Below are positions 1 through 7,864 of a DNA stretch of 28,746 nucleotides, in pieces; positions within the stretch are counted from its first letter, which is position 1; each line of letters starts with the position of its first letter. The position numbers were made by a program, and so were the translations under genes. Source of the DNA: a virus (Duplodnaviria; Caudoviricetes). Below the pieces are notes generated by a model that worked only from the letters and a program-made list of their open reading frames with translations, did not search any database and was not told the origin of the DNA. The stretch spans positions 1-28,746 of IMG/VR virus record IMGVR_UViG_3300020045_002143; one strand, written 5' to 3'.

Positions 1-93
1 ACAGCTGTCAAGCTGATCGACCAGCTAGCGGCCGCGGGTGCTGTTGGGGCCTGTGATGCGCGGGGCGCGCGGGAAGTGCTGGTGGTGGCATGA
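1..93 (+). CDS. 3' end of a protein with an FtsK-gamma-like winged-helix C-terminus (partial)
   Basis: Frame 1 reads TAVKLIDQLAAAGAVGACDARGAREVLVVA*, resembling the FtsK gamma end (AARLIDQLE..G.VG..d...REVL). Its TGA overlaps the next ATG (ATGA at 90-93). Confidence 0.6.
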   Translation, partial: TAVKLIDQLAAAGAVGACDARGAREVLVVA

Positions 94-1013
94 GCGAAAA
101 CACCAAAATCGAGTGGTGCGATGCCACGGTGAACCACTGGGCCGGATGCACCGCTGTATCACCCGCGTGTGACAACTGCTATGCCAAAGCCATGGCCAAG
201 CGCCTTTGGGGTGTGGGCTGGGGGGCTGGTGTGCCACGGCACCGGTTTGCCAATGCAAACACCACATTGAAAGCTCTTGACCGCAAGGCCCAGCGATTGG
301 GTCAGCCACTGAAGGTTTTCCACAACTCGCTGTCTGACTTTTTCGACAATGATGTGTGGGTGGATATGCGTATCGTTGCCATGTGGGCGATGATGGAAAC
401 GAAAAGCCTGATTCACCTGCTGTTGACCAAGCGCATTGGTAATGCCAAAGACATGATTTTTGAGGCTCGCCGTGCTCTGCTCGCGCCGGGTGAGCTGTAC
501 AACCCTGCACCACTTCACAACGTCTGGATAGGTACCACGATATGCAACCAGGAGGAAGCCGACCGCGACATCGGCAAGCTGATAGCCGTGCCAGCCGCCA
601 AGCGGTTCCTCAGCTTGGAGCCGCTGCTGGGGCCGGTGGATCTGGAGCGCTGGCTTGAGCCTGCTGGCCTGGCTACCGATCTGGGCCTGAGCAATCCTGG
701 GATCGACTGGGTCATCGTTGGCGGCGAGTCCGGCCCCAACGCCCGCCCGATGCACCCGGATTGGGCGCGCAGCCTGCGTGATCAGTGCCAGGCGGCTGGA
801 GTTCCGTTTCTATTCAAACAGTGGGGTGAGTGGATCAGCACAGACCAAGAGCCACAGCCCTATGGAGGGCCGTTGTCTCGGTGGATGTGGGCTGATGGAT
901 CCGCGCTTTTGGCCGATGACGGGCAGCGCGGTATGCCACTTTTTTGCAAAGTCGGCAAGAAAGCCGCCGGCCGCCTGCTCGATGGCCGCACCTGGGATGG
1001 GGTGCCATCATGA
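90..1013 (+). CDS. Phage Gp37/Gp68 (DUF5131) family protein, radical-SAM-like three-Cys motif
   Basis: N-terminal TKIEWCDATVN..GCTAVSPACDNCYA, LLLTKR, FLSLEPLLGP, WVIVGGESG..ARPM, FKQWG and GRLLDGRTWD are typical of the family. Confidence 0.9.
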   Translation: MSENTKIEWCDATVNHWAGCTAVSPACDNCYAKAMAKRLWGVGWGAGVPRHRFANANTTLKALDRKAQRLGQPLKVFHNSLSDFFDNDVWVDMRIVAMWAMMETKSLIHLLLTKRIGNAKDMIFEARRALLAPGELYNPAPLHNVWIGTTICNQEEADRDIGKLIAVPAAKRFLSLEPLLGPVDLERWLEPAGLATDLGLSNPGIDWVIVGGESGPNARPMHPDWARSLRDQCQAAGVPFLFKQWGEWISTDQEPQPYGGPLSRWMWADGSALLADDGQRGMPLFCKVGKKAAGRLLDGRTWDGVPS

Positions 1014-1501
1014 GCCGCGGCCGCCCACCCCGCCAGCCACGCTGGCAGCCCACCGGCGACACCCTGACCCTTGCCCGGCACTTTGCCGCCAAGCCAGCCC
1101 GCCAGGACATGGACGCTGTGGTCAATGTCCTGCAGGCTGCATTCAACGCCCTGCGCAAAGGTACGGTCACCGAAATGCAATTCGGCGTGCTGAATGGCTG
1201 CATCGATGTGGCCCGCTTTGTCGAGCGCCAGGGCGTAGTCACCGGCCTGTCGCCCACCATCGAGCTGGCCGACACCGTGGTCAAGGCCATCCATGCACGG
1301 ATCTGCAAGCACGGCACCTGGGGCAGCACAGCCTTGTATGCCCATGAAATCAAGGCCATGAGCGAGTTTGTCACCCAGCACACCTTTCAGCTTCGCCAGC
1401 TTGGGCGGGCTGAATTTCTGCGGGCAGTCGCTGCGGCCAAGGGCTTCATCGGTGCCAGCGCCGTGATCGTCAACGCCGACCAGATGCAGGCCCTGTCATG
1501 A
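1010..1501 (+). CDS. Hypothetical phage protein
   Basis: ATGA overlaps at both ends (1010-1013, 1498-1501); start taken at MSRGR within ORF 944..1501. Confidence 0.7.
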   Translation: MSRGRPPRQPRWQPTGDTLTLARHFAAKPARQDMDAVVNVLQAAFNALRKGTVTEMQFGVLNGCIDVARFVERQGVVTGLSPTIELADTVVKAIHARICKHGTWGSTALYAHEIKAMSEFVTQHTFQLRQLGRAEFLRAVAAAKGFIGASAVIVNADQMQALS

Positions 1502-2019
1502 CCAAAAGCCGCCATATCACTACCCACACCGTGGCCAGCTTGCATGAGCGCTGCGATGACGAAGGCGACTGCTGGCTCTGGACGGGCTACATGGCCAACG
1601 GATCGCCCTACGTCAGCCACAGCGGCAAGATGGTCGCCGTCAGAAAACTGATGCTGGACCTGGTCGGAAAAAAGGTCCGACAAACTGCCCGCTACTTTGC
1701 CACCAGGTGCGGTAACGCGGACTGCATCCACCCAGACTGCATTGTCGCCCGCACTGATGCCGAGCACATGGCCGCCATGGTAAGCCACGTGCGCCACCAG
1801 CACCCGGTGCGCGTCAGCAAGCTGCAGGCAGCCGCCCGGGCACGGCCGGCATGCAAGCTCACCGAAGCCAAAGCCCAGGCCATCCGCACCGATGCGCGCA
1901 CCTGCAGCGCCATTGCCACAGACATGGGCATCAGCAAAGCGCTGGTGGCCAAGGTCAAGCGCAACGAATGCTGGCGGCCCACGTCAGCCACTCTTAACCC
2001 TTGGATTGGACTTCTATGA
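1498..2019 (+). CDS. Degenerate HNH-like (zinc-binding) protein with C-terminal HTH
   Basis: CWLWTG...CGNADCIHPDC layout of phage HNH proteins, plus KLTEAKAQAIR...IATDMGISKALVAKVKRNECW HTH-like tail. Confidence 0.6.
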   Translation: MTKSRHITTHTVASLHERCDDEGDCWLWTGYMANGSPYVSHSGKMVAVRKLMLDLVGKKVRQTARYFATRCGNADCIHPDCIVARTDAEHMAAMVSHVRHQHPVRVSKLQAAARARPACKLTEAKAQAIRTDARTCSAIATDMGISKALVAKVKRNECWRPTSATLNPWIGLL

Positions 2020-2444
2020 GCATGACCATTAATACCCCTTTCAAAATTCCATCATCCTGCAGCGCTGCCACCTGGAAATCCGACCGCTGGGGCATGCGCG
2101 AATCAGACCGTTGGCCCGAAGGATTCCCAAAGCCACGGACCTGCTCCTTCTGCGGCGGCGTGCATCCTGAAGACCTGATTGAGCTGATCAAAATGGGGTG
2201 GGAATTTGAGCCCAGCAGCAAGGGCTACAAATCCTATTGGCACCCGCCTGGAATGGCTGGGTATTTCACTGCGCTGGTGAAAGACTTTGTCGACGCATTT
2301 ATTGTTGACCGAATGACACCGGCGGCGGTGGACCCGGTGCCTCCGGTCAAACTTTACAGCGACCACTTGACACCCGATCTGATCGCCACCATCAATTCTT
2401 TGCTTTTGATCAACAGGGCGAAAGCCCCAGGGAGTGCTGCATGA
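2016..2444 (+). CDS. Hypothetical protein with CxxC motif
   Basis: ATGA overlaps on both sides; [11 protein letters not shown] motif. Confidence 0.65.
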   Translation: MSMTINTPFKIPSSCSAATWKSDRWGMRESDRWPEGFPKPRTCSFCGGVHPEDLIELIKMGWEFEPSSKGYKSYWHPPGMAGYFTALVKDFVDAFIVDRMTPAAVDPVPPVKLYSDHLTPDLIATINSLLLINRAKAPGSAA

Positions 2445-3025
2445 GCACAATCCTCACCCGTTGCGGCCACGTCTTCAACCTCCTGGCGCCGGCACACTCG
2501 CGGATCGACATCGACACCATTGCCCACGCGCTGGCCCACATTTGCCGCTTCACGGGCCACACGTCGAGCTTTTACAGCGTGGCCCAGCACAGCGTCCTGG
2601 TCAGCCGCCTGTTGCCGCCCGAGCATGCCCTGGCCGGCTTGCTACATGACGCGGCCGAGGCCTACATCGGCGACGTGTCGAGCCCCTTGAAAGCGTTGCT
2701 GCCCGATTACCAGGCCATCGAGGCCAGTGTCGAGGCCGCGGTGCGCAACCGCTTCGGCCTCAGCGCCCTGCTGCCACCGGCCGTCAAGCTGGCCGATCTG
2801 TGCGCCCTGGCCACCGAGCAGCGCGACCTAATGCCGCCACACGACGCCACGCCGTGGGCCTGCCTCCAGGGCATCAGCCCGCACCCGGATCCTGTAGTTC
2901 CGCAAGAACCGTACATCGCCCGAAAGCTTTTTTTGGCGCGTTTTTATACGCTGTCGGCCGGCGTGGATAGGCGCCACTGGCGGCGGGCGGAGGGCAGCAA
3001 GCTGGTCGACTGGAGCGCGGCATGA
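2441..3025 (+). CDS. HD-domain phosphohydrolase (YfbR-like 5'-deoxynucleotidase family)
   Basis: [33 protein letters not shown] and VKLAD motifs. Confidence 0.88.
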   Translation: MSTILTRCGHVFNLLAPAHSRIDIDTIAHALAHICRFTGHTSSFYSVAQHSVLVSRLLPPEHALAGLLHDAAEAYIGDVSSPLKALLPDYQAIEASVEAAVRNRFGLSALLPPAVKLADLCALATEQRDLMPPHDATPWACLQGISPHPDPVVPQEPYIARKLFLARFYTLSAGVDRRHWRRAEGSKLVDWSAA

Positions 3026-3117
3026 GCGGCCTGGGCGTGCTGCTTGGGCTGATCGGCGCGGCTGGTGCCGGGCTGGTGATGGTGGCGGTTTGGGCTATTG
3101 CGAGGGGTGGGAAATGA
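3022..3117 (+). CDS. 31-aa single-TM microprotein (not in the ORF track)
   Basis: [31 protein letters not shown]; fills the gap exactly, with ATGA overlaps at 3022-3025 and 3114-3117. Confidence 0.65.
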   Translation: MSGLGVLLGLIGAAGAGLVMVAVWAIARGGK

Positions 3118-3335
3118 ACACAGGTACTTACACGCGGGCCACCATGCAAGTCCCGACGCTTGAGGGAATAGTTGACGTAGTCGACGCGCTGAAGGCCTCA
3201 TGCCAGGCGGGCAAGTGGACGCTGCTGGCCCCCGATGGCCGGGTGTGGATGAACAGCGACCCGATGATTCTGTTCGCCGCGCTGGCCGCCGTGATGCAGG
3301 GCCAGGACTTGCGTTTTGATGGAGTGGCACGATGA
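3114..3335 (+). CDS. Hypothetical protein
   Basis: ATGA-coupled at both ends; start MNTGT. Confidence 0.65.
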   Translation: MNTGTYTRATMQVPTLEGIVDVVDALKASCQAGKWTLLAPDGRVWMNSDPMILFAALAAVMQGQDLRFDGVAR

Positions 3336-3595
3336 CCCCCTGGTACACCGACCAAGAAATCGACGACCTGTGCGCCGGGCTGGTCACCAACGCCGCTAAG
3401 ACCCGTCATTTGCGTAGCCTGGGCCTGACCGTCAGCCAAAAGCCCAACGGCCGCCCGCTGGTGATGCGTGGCCAGGCCGAGCGCGTGCTGTCCGGCCTGC
3501 AGCAAATCCAGTCCTCAGCCGCCGCTGACCAGCCCGCCCGGCCCAACCGCGCCGCCCTGATCGCCGCATTTGGCAGAAATTTGAAGGCGGCGTAA
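3332..3595 (+). CDS. DUF4224-type excisionase-like protein (recombination directionality factor)
   Basis: YTDQEIDDLCAG....AKTRHLRSLGL....KPNGRPLVMR and C-terminal PNRAAL; lies upstream of the integrase. Confidence 0.75.
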   Translation: MTPWYTDQEIDDLCAGLVTNAAKTRHLRSLGLTVSQKPNGRPLVMRGQAERVLSGLQQIQSSAAADQPARPNRAALIAAFGRNLKAA

Positions 3596-3597
3596 CC

Positions 3598-3876
3598 ATG
3601 CCAGATATTCAAATTCCAGGCGGTGTGATGCATGTCAGCGGAGATTTCAAGCCGGGTGATCAGGCGCCCACCGGCTATCTTGACTGGCATGAATGGGCAG
3701 AAGTGCAGCACAAGGCTGGATTGAGGCAAAAGGCCTGCGGCCGATGTGGAAAGTGGTTCTATCCGCAGCAGCTCAGCAACCGGGTAGACGTTTACACAGC
3801 ACGGACCAAGAAATGGGAACCTGTGACGGTGGAGTCTCCCGTTTGCAATGTGTGCAATAAAGCCAAAGAGGAATAA
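3598..3876 (+). CDS. Hypothetical protein with two CxxC pairs (zinc-ribbon-like)
   Basis: ACGRCGKW...VCNVC; fits between the excisionase-like gene and the integrase. Confidence 0.65.
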   Translation: MPDIQIPGGVMHVSGDFKPGDQAPTGYLDWHEWAEVQHKAGLRQKACGRCGKWFYPQQLSNRVDVYTARTKKWEPVTVESPVCNVCNKAKEE

Positions 3877-3877
3877 C

Positions 3878-4984
3878 ATGGCAACGATGGGTCGCAAGCG
3901 CAAATCCTCAGATACGGGGCTAGAGCCTCGTGTGTACGCCAAGCATGGCGCGTATTACTACGTCCACCGCGAAGGTAAGTGGGAGCGCTTGGGTACCGAC
4001 ATGGCCGAGGCCAATCAGAAGGCACGCCTTTTCAATGATCCAGATGGCGAATACGGCACCCTGGTCTATTGGCTCAAAATGTGGCTGGTGCACTGCCAGG
4101 CCAAGGTCGCGGCAGGCAAACTGGCCCAGCGTACCCTGGACGATTACACCGGCGCCGTCAAAGGCACCGACAAAAAGAACGGCGCCTTGAGCATCTTCTT
4201 TTCCCCGCCACTTACCCCGCTCGACCTCGATCCCGACATGGTGCAGGACTTTCTGGACACTATGGCCGAGCTGGGCCGCCCGGTTCCTGCCAACCGCGAG
4301 AAGGCTGCACTCAGCAGCTGCATCAGTTGGCTAATCCGGACAGGCAAGGTGCCAGGACTGAAGGTCAACCCTTGCCTGCGGGCCAGTGGCATCAAGCGCA
4401 ACCCCGAGGCCAAGCGCGACCGCTACGTCACCCACGAGGAATACCGAGCAGTCTGGGCCGTGGCGCAGACCAGCGTGAAGCTGATGATGGAGCTGACCTA
4501 TCGCACCCTGCAGCGCCCCGAGTCCGACATCATCACCTGGACCACCGGCGTGCTGCTGACCGAAGACGGCCAGCGCAAACTGCACTTCAGACAGGGCAAG
4601 ACCGGAAAGTGGATGAAGGTGCTACTGACCGCCGAGCTCGACGCGCTGATTCGCCAGGGTCTGGGCATTATCACCAAGCTGCACCAGCCCATCGTGCGCA
4701 CGCGAGTGGGCGAGGCCTACAGCTACGACGGCCTGAGCGCCATGCTCAAACGCAGCATTGGCAAAGTGAACGCCCAGCGCAAGAAGCTGGGGCTTCTGCC
4801 GATCCCAAGCTTTGGCTTCCGCGACCTGAAGGGCAAGGGCGCCACAGACATGTGGCTCGCCGGCATTCCTATCGAGCAAATTCAGCAGCTGTGTGGCCAC
4901 GAAGACAAGACTACAACCGAGATCTATGTCAAGCAGCGATGGCGGGAAACAGCCACCGCCAACCTGGTGGTGATGGGCGCATAA
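3878..4984 (+). CDS. int: Phage integrase (tyrosine recombinase)
   Basis: GAGGA RBS before ATG 3878; N-terminal arm-binding region (GRKRK...PRVYAKHGAYYYV); catalytic LQRPESD, QGKTG, FRDLKGK, CGH, EIY; adjacent to attP. Confidence 0.93.
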   Translation: MATMGRKRKSSDTGLEPRVYAKHGAYYYVHREGKWERLGTDMAEANQKARLFNDPDGEYGTLVYWLKMWLVHCQAKVAAGKLAQRTLDDYTGAVKGTDKKNGALSIFFSPPLTPLDLDPDMVQDFLDTMAELGRPVPANREKAALSSCISWLIRTGKVPGLKVNPCLRASGIKRNPEAKRDRYVTHEEYRAVWAVAQTSVKLMMELTYRTLQRPESDIITWTTGVLLTEDGQRKLHFRQGKTGKWMKVLLTAELDALIRQGLGIITKLHQPIVRTRVGEAYSYDGLSAMLKRSIGKVNAQRKKLGLLPIPSFGFRDLKGKGATDMWLAGIPIEQIQQLCGHEDKTTTEIYVKQRWRETATANLVVMGA

Positions 4985-4987
4985 ACC

Positions 4988-5008
4988 AAGGGCCGAAAGG
5001 CCCTTTTT
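4988..5008 (+). terminator. Rho-independent terminator after int
   Basis: AAGGGCC-GAAA-GGCCCTT stem followed by a T run. Confidence 0.75.
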
Positions 5009-5163
5009 GCTGCCTGCCGGATCTGTCCAATATCCAGTAGTTTGAGACCCAGCCAAACCATATTTCCCTAGCTAGACCCAAGTCTGAATTGCAGAAAATA
5101 TTAGACAGCTTATGGGCAAGAAGTGAGGATTCATGCGGCTTTGCGGGCGTTTTGGTGGCCCGC

Positions 5164-5208
5164 CTGTTAATCCGTAGGTCCCTGGTTCGAGCCCAGGTCG
5201 AGGAGCCA
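5164..5208 (+). mobile_element. attP core: 3' part of tRNA-Asn(GTT) from anticodon loop to CCA
   Basis: CTGTTAA-TCCGTAGGTC-CCTGGTTCGAGCCCAGG-TCGAGGAGCCA contains the anticodon loop, T arm and CCA. The 5' half is absent, and phage genes lie on both sides. Confidence 0.88.
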
Positions 5209-5230
5209 CTTACAAGGCTCATAGCCACTG

Positions 5231-5265
5231 AAAAGCCCACTATTAAATCGATAGTGGGCTTTTTT
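5231..5265 (+). terminator. Rho-independent terminator (possibly bidirectional) downstream of the tRNA fragment
   Basis: AAAAGCCCACTAT-TAAATCG-ATAGTGGGCTTTT perfect stem. Confidence 0.85.
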
Positions 5266-5435
5266 CATTGTTAGACGTTTTATTAGACACTGTCTAATAT
5301 CCAGTGGTTTTAGACTTTTTGGGTCTCACCGAAAACCGCTCTAAATGCCCCAAGTTGCAAGCAAGCGCCCTGCCCTTGCAACCACACCAGGCAGTTTGCA
5401 ACCATGCAACCTGCGCGATTCTGGCAAGCCTGTTT

Positions 5436-5645
5436 TCAAGGCGCCGGGATTTGCCGGGCCTTGATCAAGAAAAGTTCCCACACTGCCAAGCTGATAGCCC
5501 GGTCGCCCGCCTCCCAGCGCCGCCAGGTGCGTCCATCCGTGTGCACCAGCTCGCCGGCCTGCTGCTGGGTCAGACCGGCAGCTTCACGTGCGGCGGCGAT
5601 CTGGGCGGGGTCGGGCTGGGTGATCATGGCGCCATCGGTGGCCAT
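5436..5645 (-). CDS. XRE/KorC-like HTH repressor
   Basis: QPDPAQIAAAREAAGLTQQQAGELV..DGRTWRRWEAGDRAISLAVWELF; the start may instead be the second Met (5627). Confidence 0.8.
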   Translation of the reverse strand: MATDGAMITQPDPAQIAAAREAAGLTQQQAGELVHTDGRTWRRWEAGDRAISLAVWELFLIKARQIPAP

Positions 5646-5893
5646 TTTATTTCATCCGTGCGGCCGCGCCAGAATTTGGCAGGGTCTGGCGGGACGCCGG
5701 CAGGGTGGCCTCGAAAATCATGATGGGCTACCGGCTGGCCATTGAAATTCAGCACGGCCAGTGTCGGCGACCCGTCGAGGTCGGTGCGATTCACCAAACT
5801 GGTGAAAGCAGCCAGGGCCGCGGCCCTGTCGGCGGTATTGGTTTTTTCGCTGACCCGCTGATGCGGGTCGCGGAGATAGACGCGGTAAATCAC
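5624..5893 (-). CDS. Hypothetical protein
   Basis: GTGA overlap with the upstream gene; middle gene of a three-gene operon. Confidence 0.65.
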   Translation of the reverse strand: MIYRVYLRDPHQRVSEKTNTADRAAALAAFTSLVNRTDLDGSPTLAVLNFNGQPVAHHDFRGHPAGVPPDPAKFWRGRTDEIKWPPMAP

Positions 5894-6117
5894 ATCGGGC
5901 CTTGAATTTCGTATTCGCGGTGATCGCCGACTTCACCCTTGATGGCAGTCACCACATAGGTGCCGCTTGGCACAAAGCCAAGATATGCCTGGTCGACAAG
6001 AGCCGAGGCCAGTGGCTTCGAATATTGCCATGGCATCACTTGGTACTCACTGCCCAAGATGACAACTTTGTCGCCTTGGTAAGCATTGATATTTTTCAGA
6101 GTGAAGGTGCGTGACAT
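5890..6117 (-). CDS. Hypothetical protein, first gene of the KorC-like operon
   Basis: Strong AGGAGA RBS (6124-6129) downstream of a near-consensus promoter. Confidence 0.75.
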   Translation of the reverse strand: MSRTFTLKNINAYQGDKVVILGSEYQVMPWQYSKPLASALVDQAYLGFVPSGTYVVTAIKGEVGDHREYEIQGPM

Positions 6118-6189
6118 TTTGATTCTCCTGATTGAGACCCGGAAGCCGCCGGGGCGGTGGACCTGCTTTATTGCCTGTCCATGTGCTTT

Positions 6190-6217
6190 ATTATAGGGCC
6201 ATTGGCCCTATTTGCAA
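6190..6217 (-). promoter_or_regulatory. Sigma70 promoter with overlapping palindromic operator
   Basis: TTGCAA-16 nt-TATAAT on the - strand; palindrome ATAGGGCC-ATT-GGCCCTAT at 6193-6211. Confidence 0.85.
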
Positions 6218-6249
6218 TAGCTTTTAAAAATATTTTCTAAGTAGTTACC

Positions 6250-6525
6250 CTAGTCCAAATCCAGCTCCGCCGCCCGCGTGTCCGCATCCCCCTGCACCAC
6301 GGCCCCATGAAAAACCGGGGCGAAGCCGGTCTTTTGATGCCCTGGCGGCGGCTTGTAGCTTTGCACCGCGATTTGATTCGTCGATGGGTCGAGCCGGCCG
6401 ATCAGCACATGACACAGGCCCCAGTTGACACGGCTGCGGCGGATCACCAGGTAGGTCTCTTCGCCCGGCGCCACCCGGCGCAGCCAGCGCGGCAGGGCGA
6501 ACAGAATGCAATTGCTTTTTTGCAT
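6250..6525 (-). CDS. Hypothetical protein, last gene of the lysis cassette
   Basis: TGATG overlap with the holin stop; 91 aa. Confidence 0.65.
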   Translation of the reverse strand: MQKSNCILFALPRWLRRVAPGEETYLVIRRSRVNWGLCHVLIGRLDPSTNQIAVQSYKPPPGHQKTGFAPVFHGAVVQGDADTRAAELDLD

Positions 6526-7049
6526 CAGCGCACCGGCCCCGACCCTTTGATTGTTTCAATCCCCTTGCCGATTTGGCGCAACCCGGCATAGGTCCACGGC
6601 AAAGCCAGCAGTAGCAGCAACACGTCGACGCTGGGGTTCTTCGTCGCAAAGACGTAGACCAGGGCGGCTATCAAGCTGACCCAGCTCTGTGCCGGCCTGG
6701 TGCGGCGCACAAAGGGGTCTTCGGCCACGTCGCCAGAGCGGATCGTCTTTTGCGTCTCGGCCTGCTCGGCCTGGGCATCGTCGAGCTGCTGCTTGGCCAT
6801 GATGCGGATGTGCTCGCGGATGCTGGCCTCATCTTGCCCCGCCAGCTCGCGCAGGCGCAGCACTGTGGCCGGGTCGGTCTGCAGCGCTTGCAGGGCCGCA
6901 CCCGGGTCGGTGGTTCCGGTGGCGCCGGAGACAAGAGAGATTCCGGCCGCTACCGCGCCCGGCACATTGCCGGTGAGCAGCGAACCCACCAGGGCTGCGC
7001 CGGTACCGGCATTGCTTTTGAGCCAGTCGCCAACTATGGTCCAGTCCAT
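6525..7049 (-). CDS. Holin (3TM/GTA-holin-like)
   Basis: Follows the endolysin; N-terminal hydrophobic segment, coiled coil, D.FVRRTRP motif, two C-terminal TMs, YAGLRQIGK. Confidence 0.75.
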   Translation of the reverse strand: MDWTIVGDWLKSNAGTGAALVGSLLTGNVPGAVAAGISLVSGATGTTDPGAALQALQTDPATVLRLRELAGQDEASIREHIRIMAKQQLDDAQAEQAETQKTIRSGDVAEDPFVRRTRPAQSWVSLIAALVYVFATKNPSVDVLLLLLALPWTYAGLRQIGKGIETIKGSGPVR

Positions 7050-7050
7050 A

Positions 7051-7533
7051 TCATGCCCCCATCAAGTTTTTTGCAATGCGCCGCGCCCAGCCTTTGCCGA
7101 AAGTCGACCAGGTCAACAAGTCGGTCATGAATGCCAGGCGTTGGCCATTGAATTGGGCTTTGAGAATGCCACCCGGAACCGCTTGCGCGGCGGTCAGGGT
7201 CTGCGGGCCGATCACGCCATCATTTGTCACACCCAGGGCCCGCTGCAGCCACTTTGCGGCCTGCTCGACGCCGCTGTTGACGGCCGCGTCAAAGACATCA
7301 AAGCGCACTTCCGGGGGCAGCTGGTCGGCCTTGCATGGAGTCCAGTAGCTGGCCCGGTAGATGGCGCCGGCCTGCCACTGGGTCAAATCAGCCATGCCGC
7401 CGACGTAGCCGTGAGCGCGTGCTACGGCCTCGGTCACACCCCACATGGTTTCGCCGCCGGGGTCGGCGGGGTTGTTGCTGTAGCGGCCTTCGTGGCCGAT
7501 CAGGCGCTCAAATGCCTGGTCAAATGTGCTCAT
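7051..7533 (-). CDS. Endolysin, glycoside hydrolase family 108
   Basis: FDQAFERLIGHEGRYSNNPADPGGETMWGVT, FDAAVNSG, DGVIGPQT, FGKGWARR. Confidence 0.92.
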   Translation of the reverse strand: MSTFDQAFERLIGHEGRYSNNPADPGGETMWGVTEAVARAHGYVGGMADLTQWQAGAIYRASYWTPCKADQLPPEVRFDVFDAAVNSGVEQAAKWLQRALGVTNDGVIGPQTLTAAQAVPGGILKAQFNGQRLAFMTDLLTWSTFGKGWARRIAKNLMGA

Positions 7534-7841
7534 GATTTCCCCCCATTTTTGAAAGCAAGGTACACCGCCAGCAGCGGCGCAATGATCCCGGCCAGCCACT
7601 TGACCGCTGTCCCGAAGTAGCCCACGGCCTTAAAAAAGCTCTTGCCCATACGCAAGATCTCCAGCACCTCGCCCACCTCAGCGCGCATGGCCGTCTGCTC
7701 TGCGCTCATGCTGGCTTGCACGGACTCAATGCGGCCCATGCGGCTGTCGCCATCGTCCAGGCGGGCATTGACATTGCCCATGTCGTCGCAGCCGCCGGGG
7801 CAGGGGTCGTGGGGGTGCATGTGGGGGGTGAGGTCAGGCAT
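7530..7841 (-). CDS. Small membrane protein (coiled coil plus C-terminal TM), lysis-associated
   Basis: C-terminal WLAGIIAPLLAVYLAF; ATGA overlap with the endolysin. Confidence 0.65.
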   Translation of the reverse strand: MPDLTPHMHPHDPCPGGCDDMGNVNARLDDGDSRMGRIESVQASMSAEQTAMRAEVGEVLEILRMGKSFFKAVGYFGTAVKWLAGIIAPLLAVYLAFKNGGKS

Positions 7842-7864
7842 AGGGGGTCCTTTGGGGCGGGGTG

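Larger units (their letters stand above)
5023..5315. repeat. Probable integrase arm-type sites flanking the attP core
   Basis: 26-bp direct repeat, 23/26 identical (5023-5048 ctgtccaatatccagtagtttgagac; 5290-5315 ctgtctaatatccagtggttttagac), plus TTAGAC copies at 5101, 5271, 5283 and 5310. Confidence 0.65.

Noticed and set aside
5130-5208. Complete tRNA-Asn gene
   Set aside because: Sequence upstream of CTGTTAA cannot form the anticodon, D or acceptor stems; only the 3' part is present.
5089-5274. 61-aa ORF (and 4929-5240 on the - strand) over attP
   Set aside because: Translations of the tRNA fragment and terminator; no RBS or protein features.
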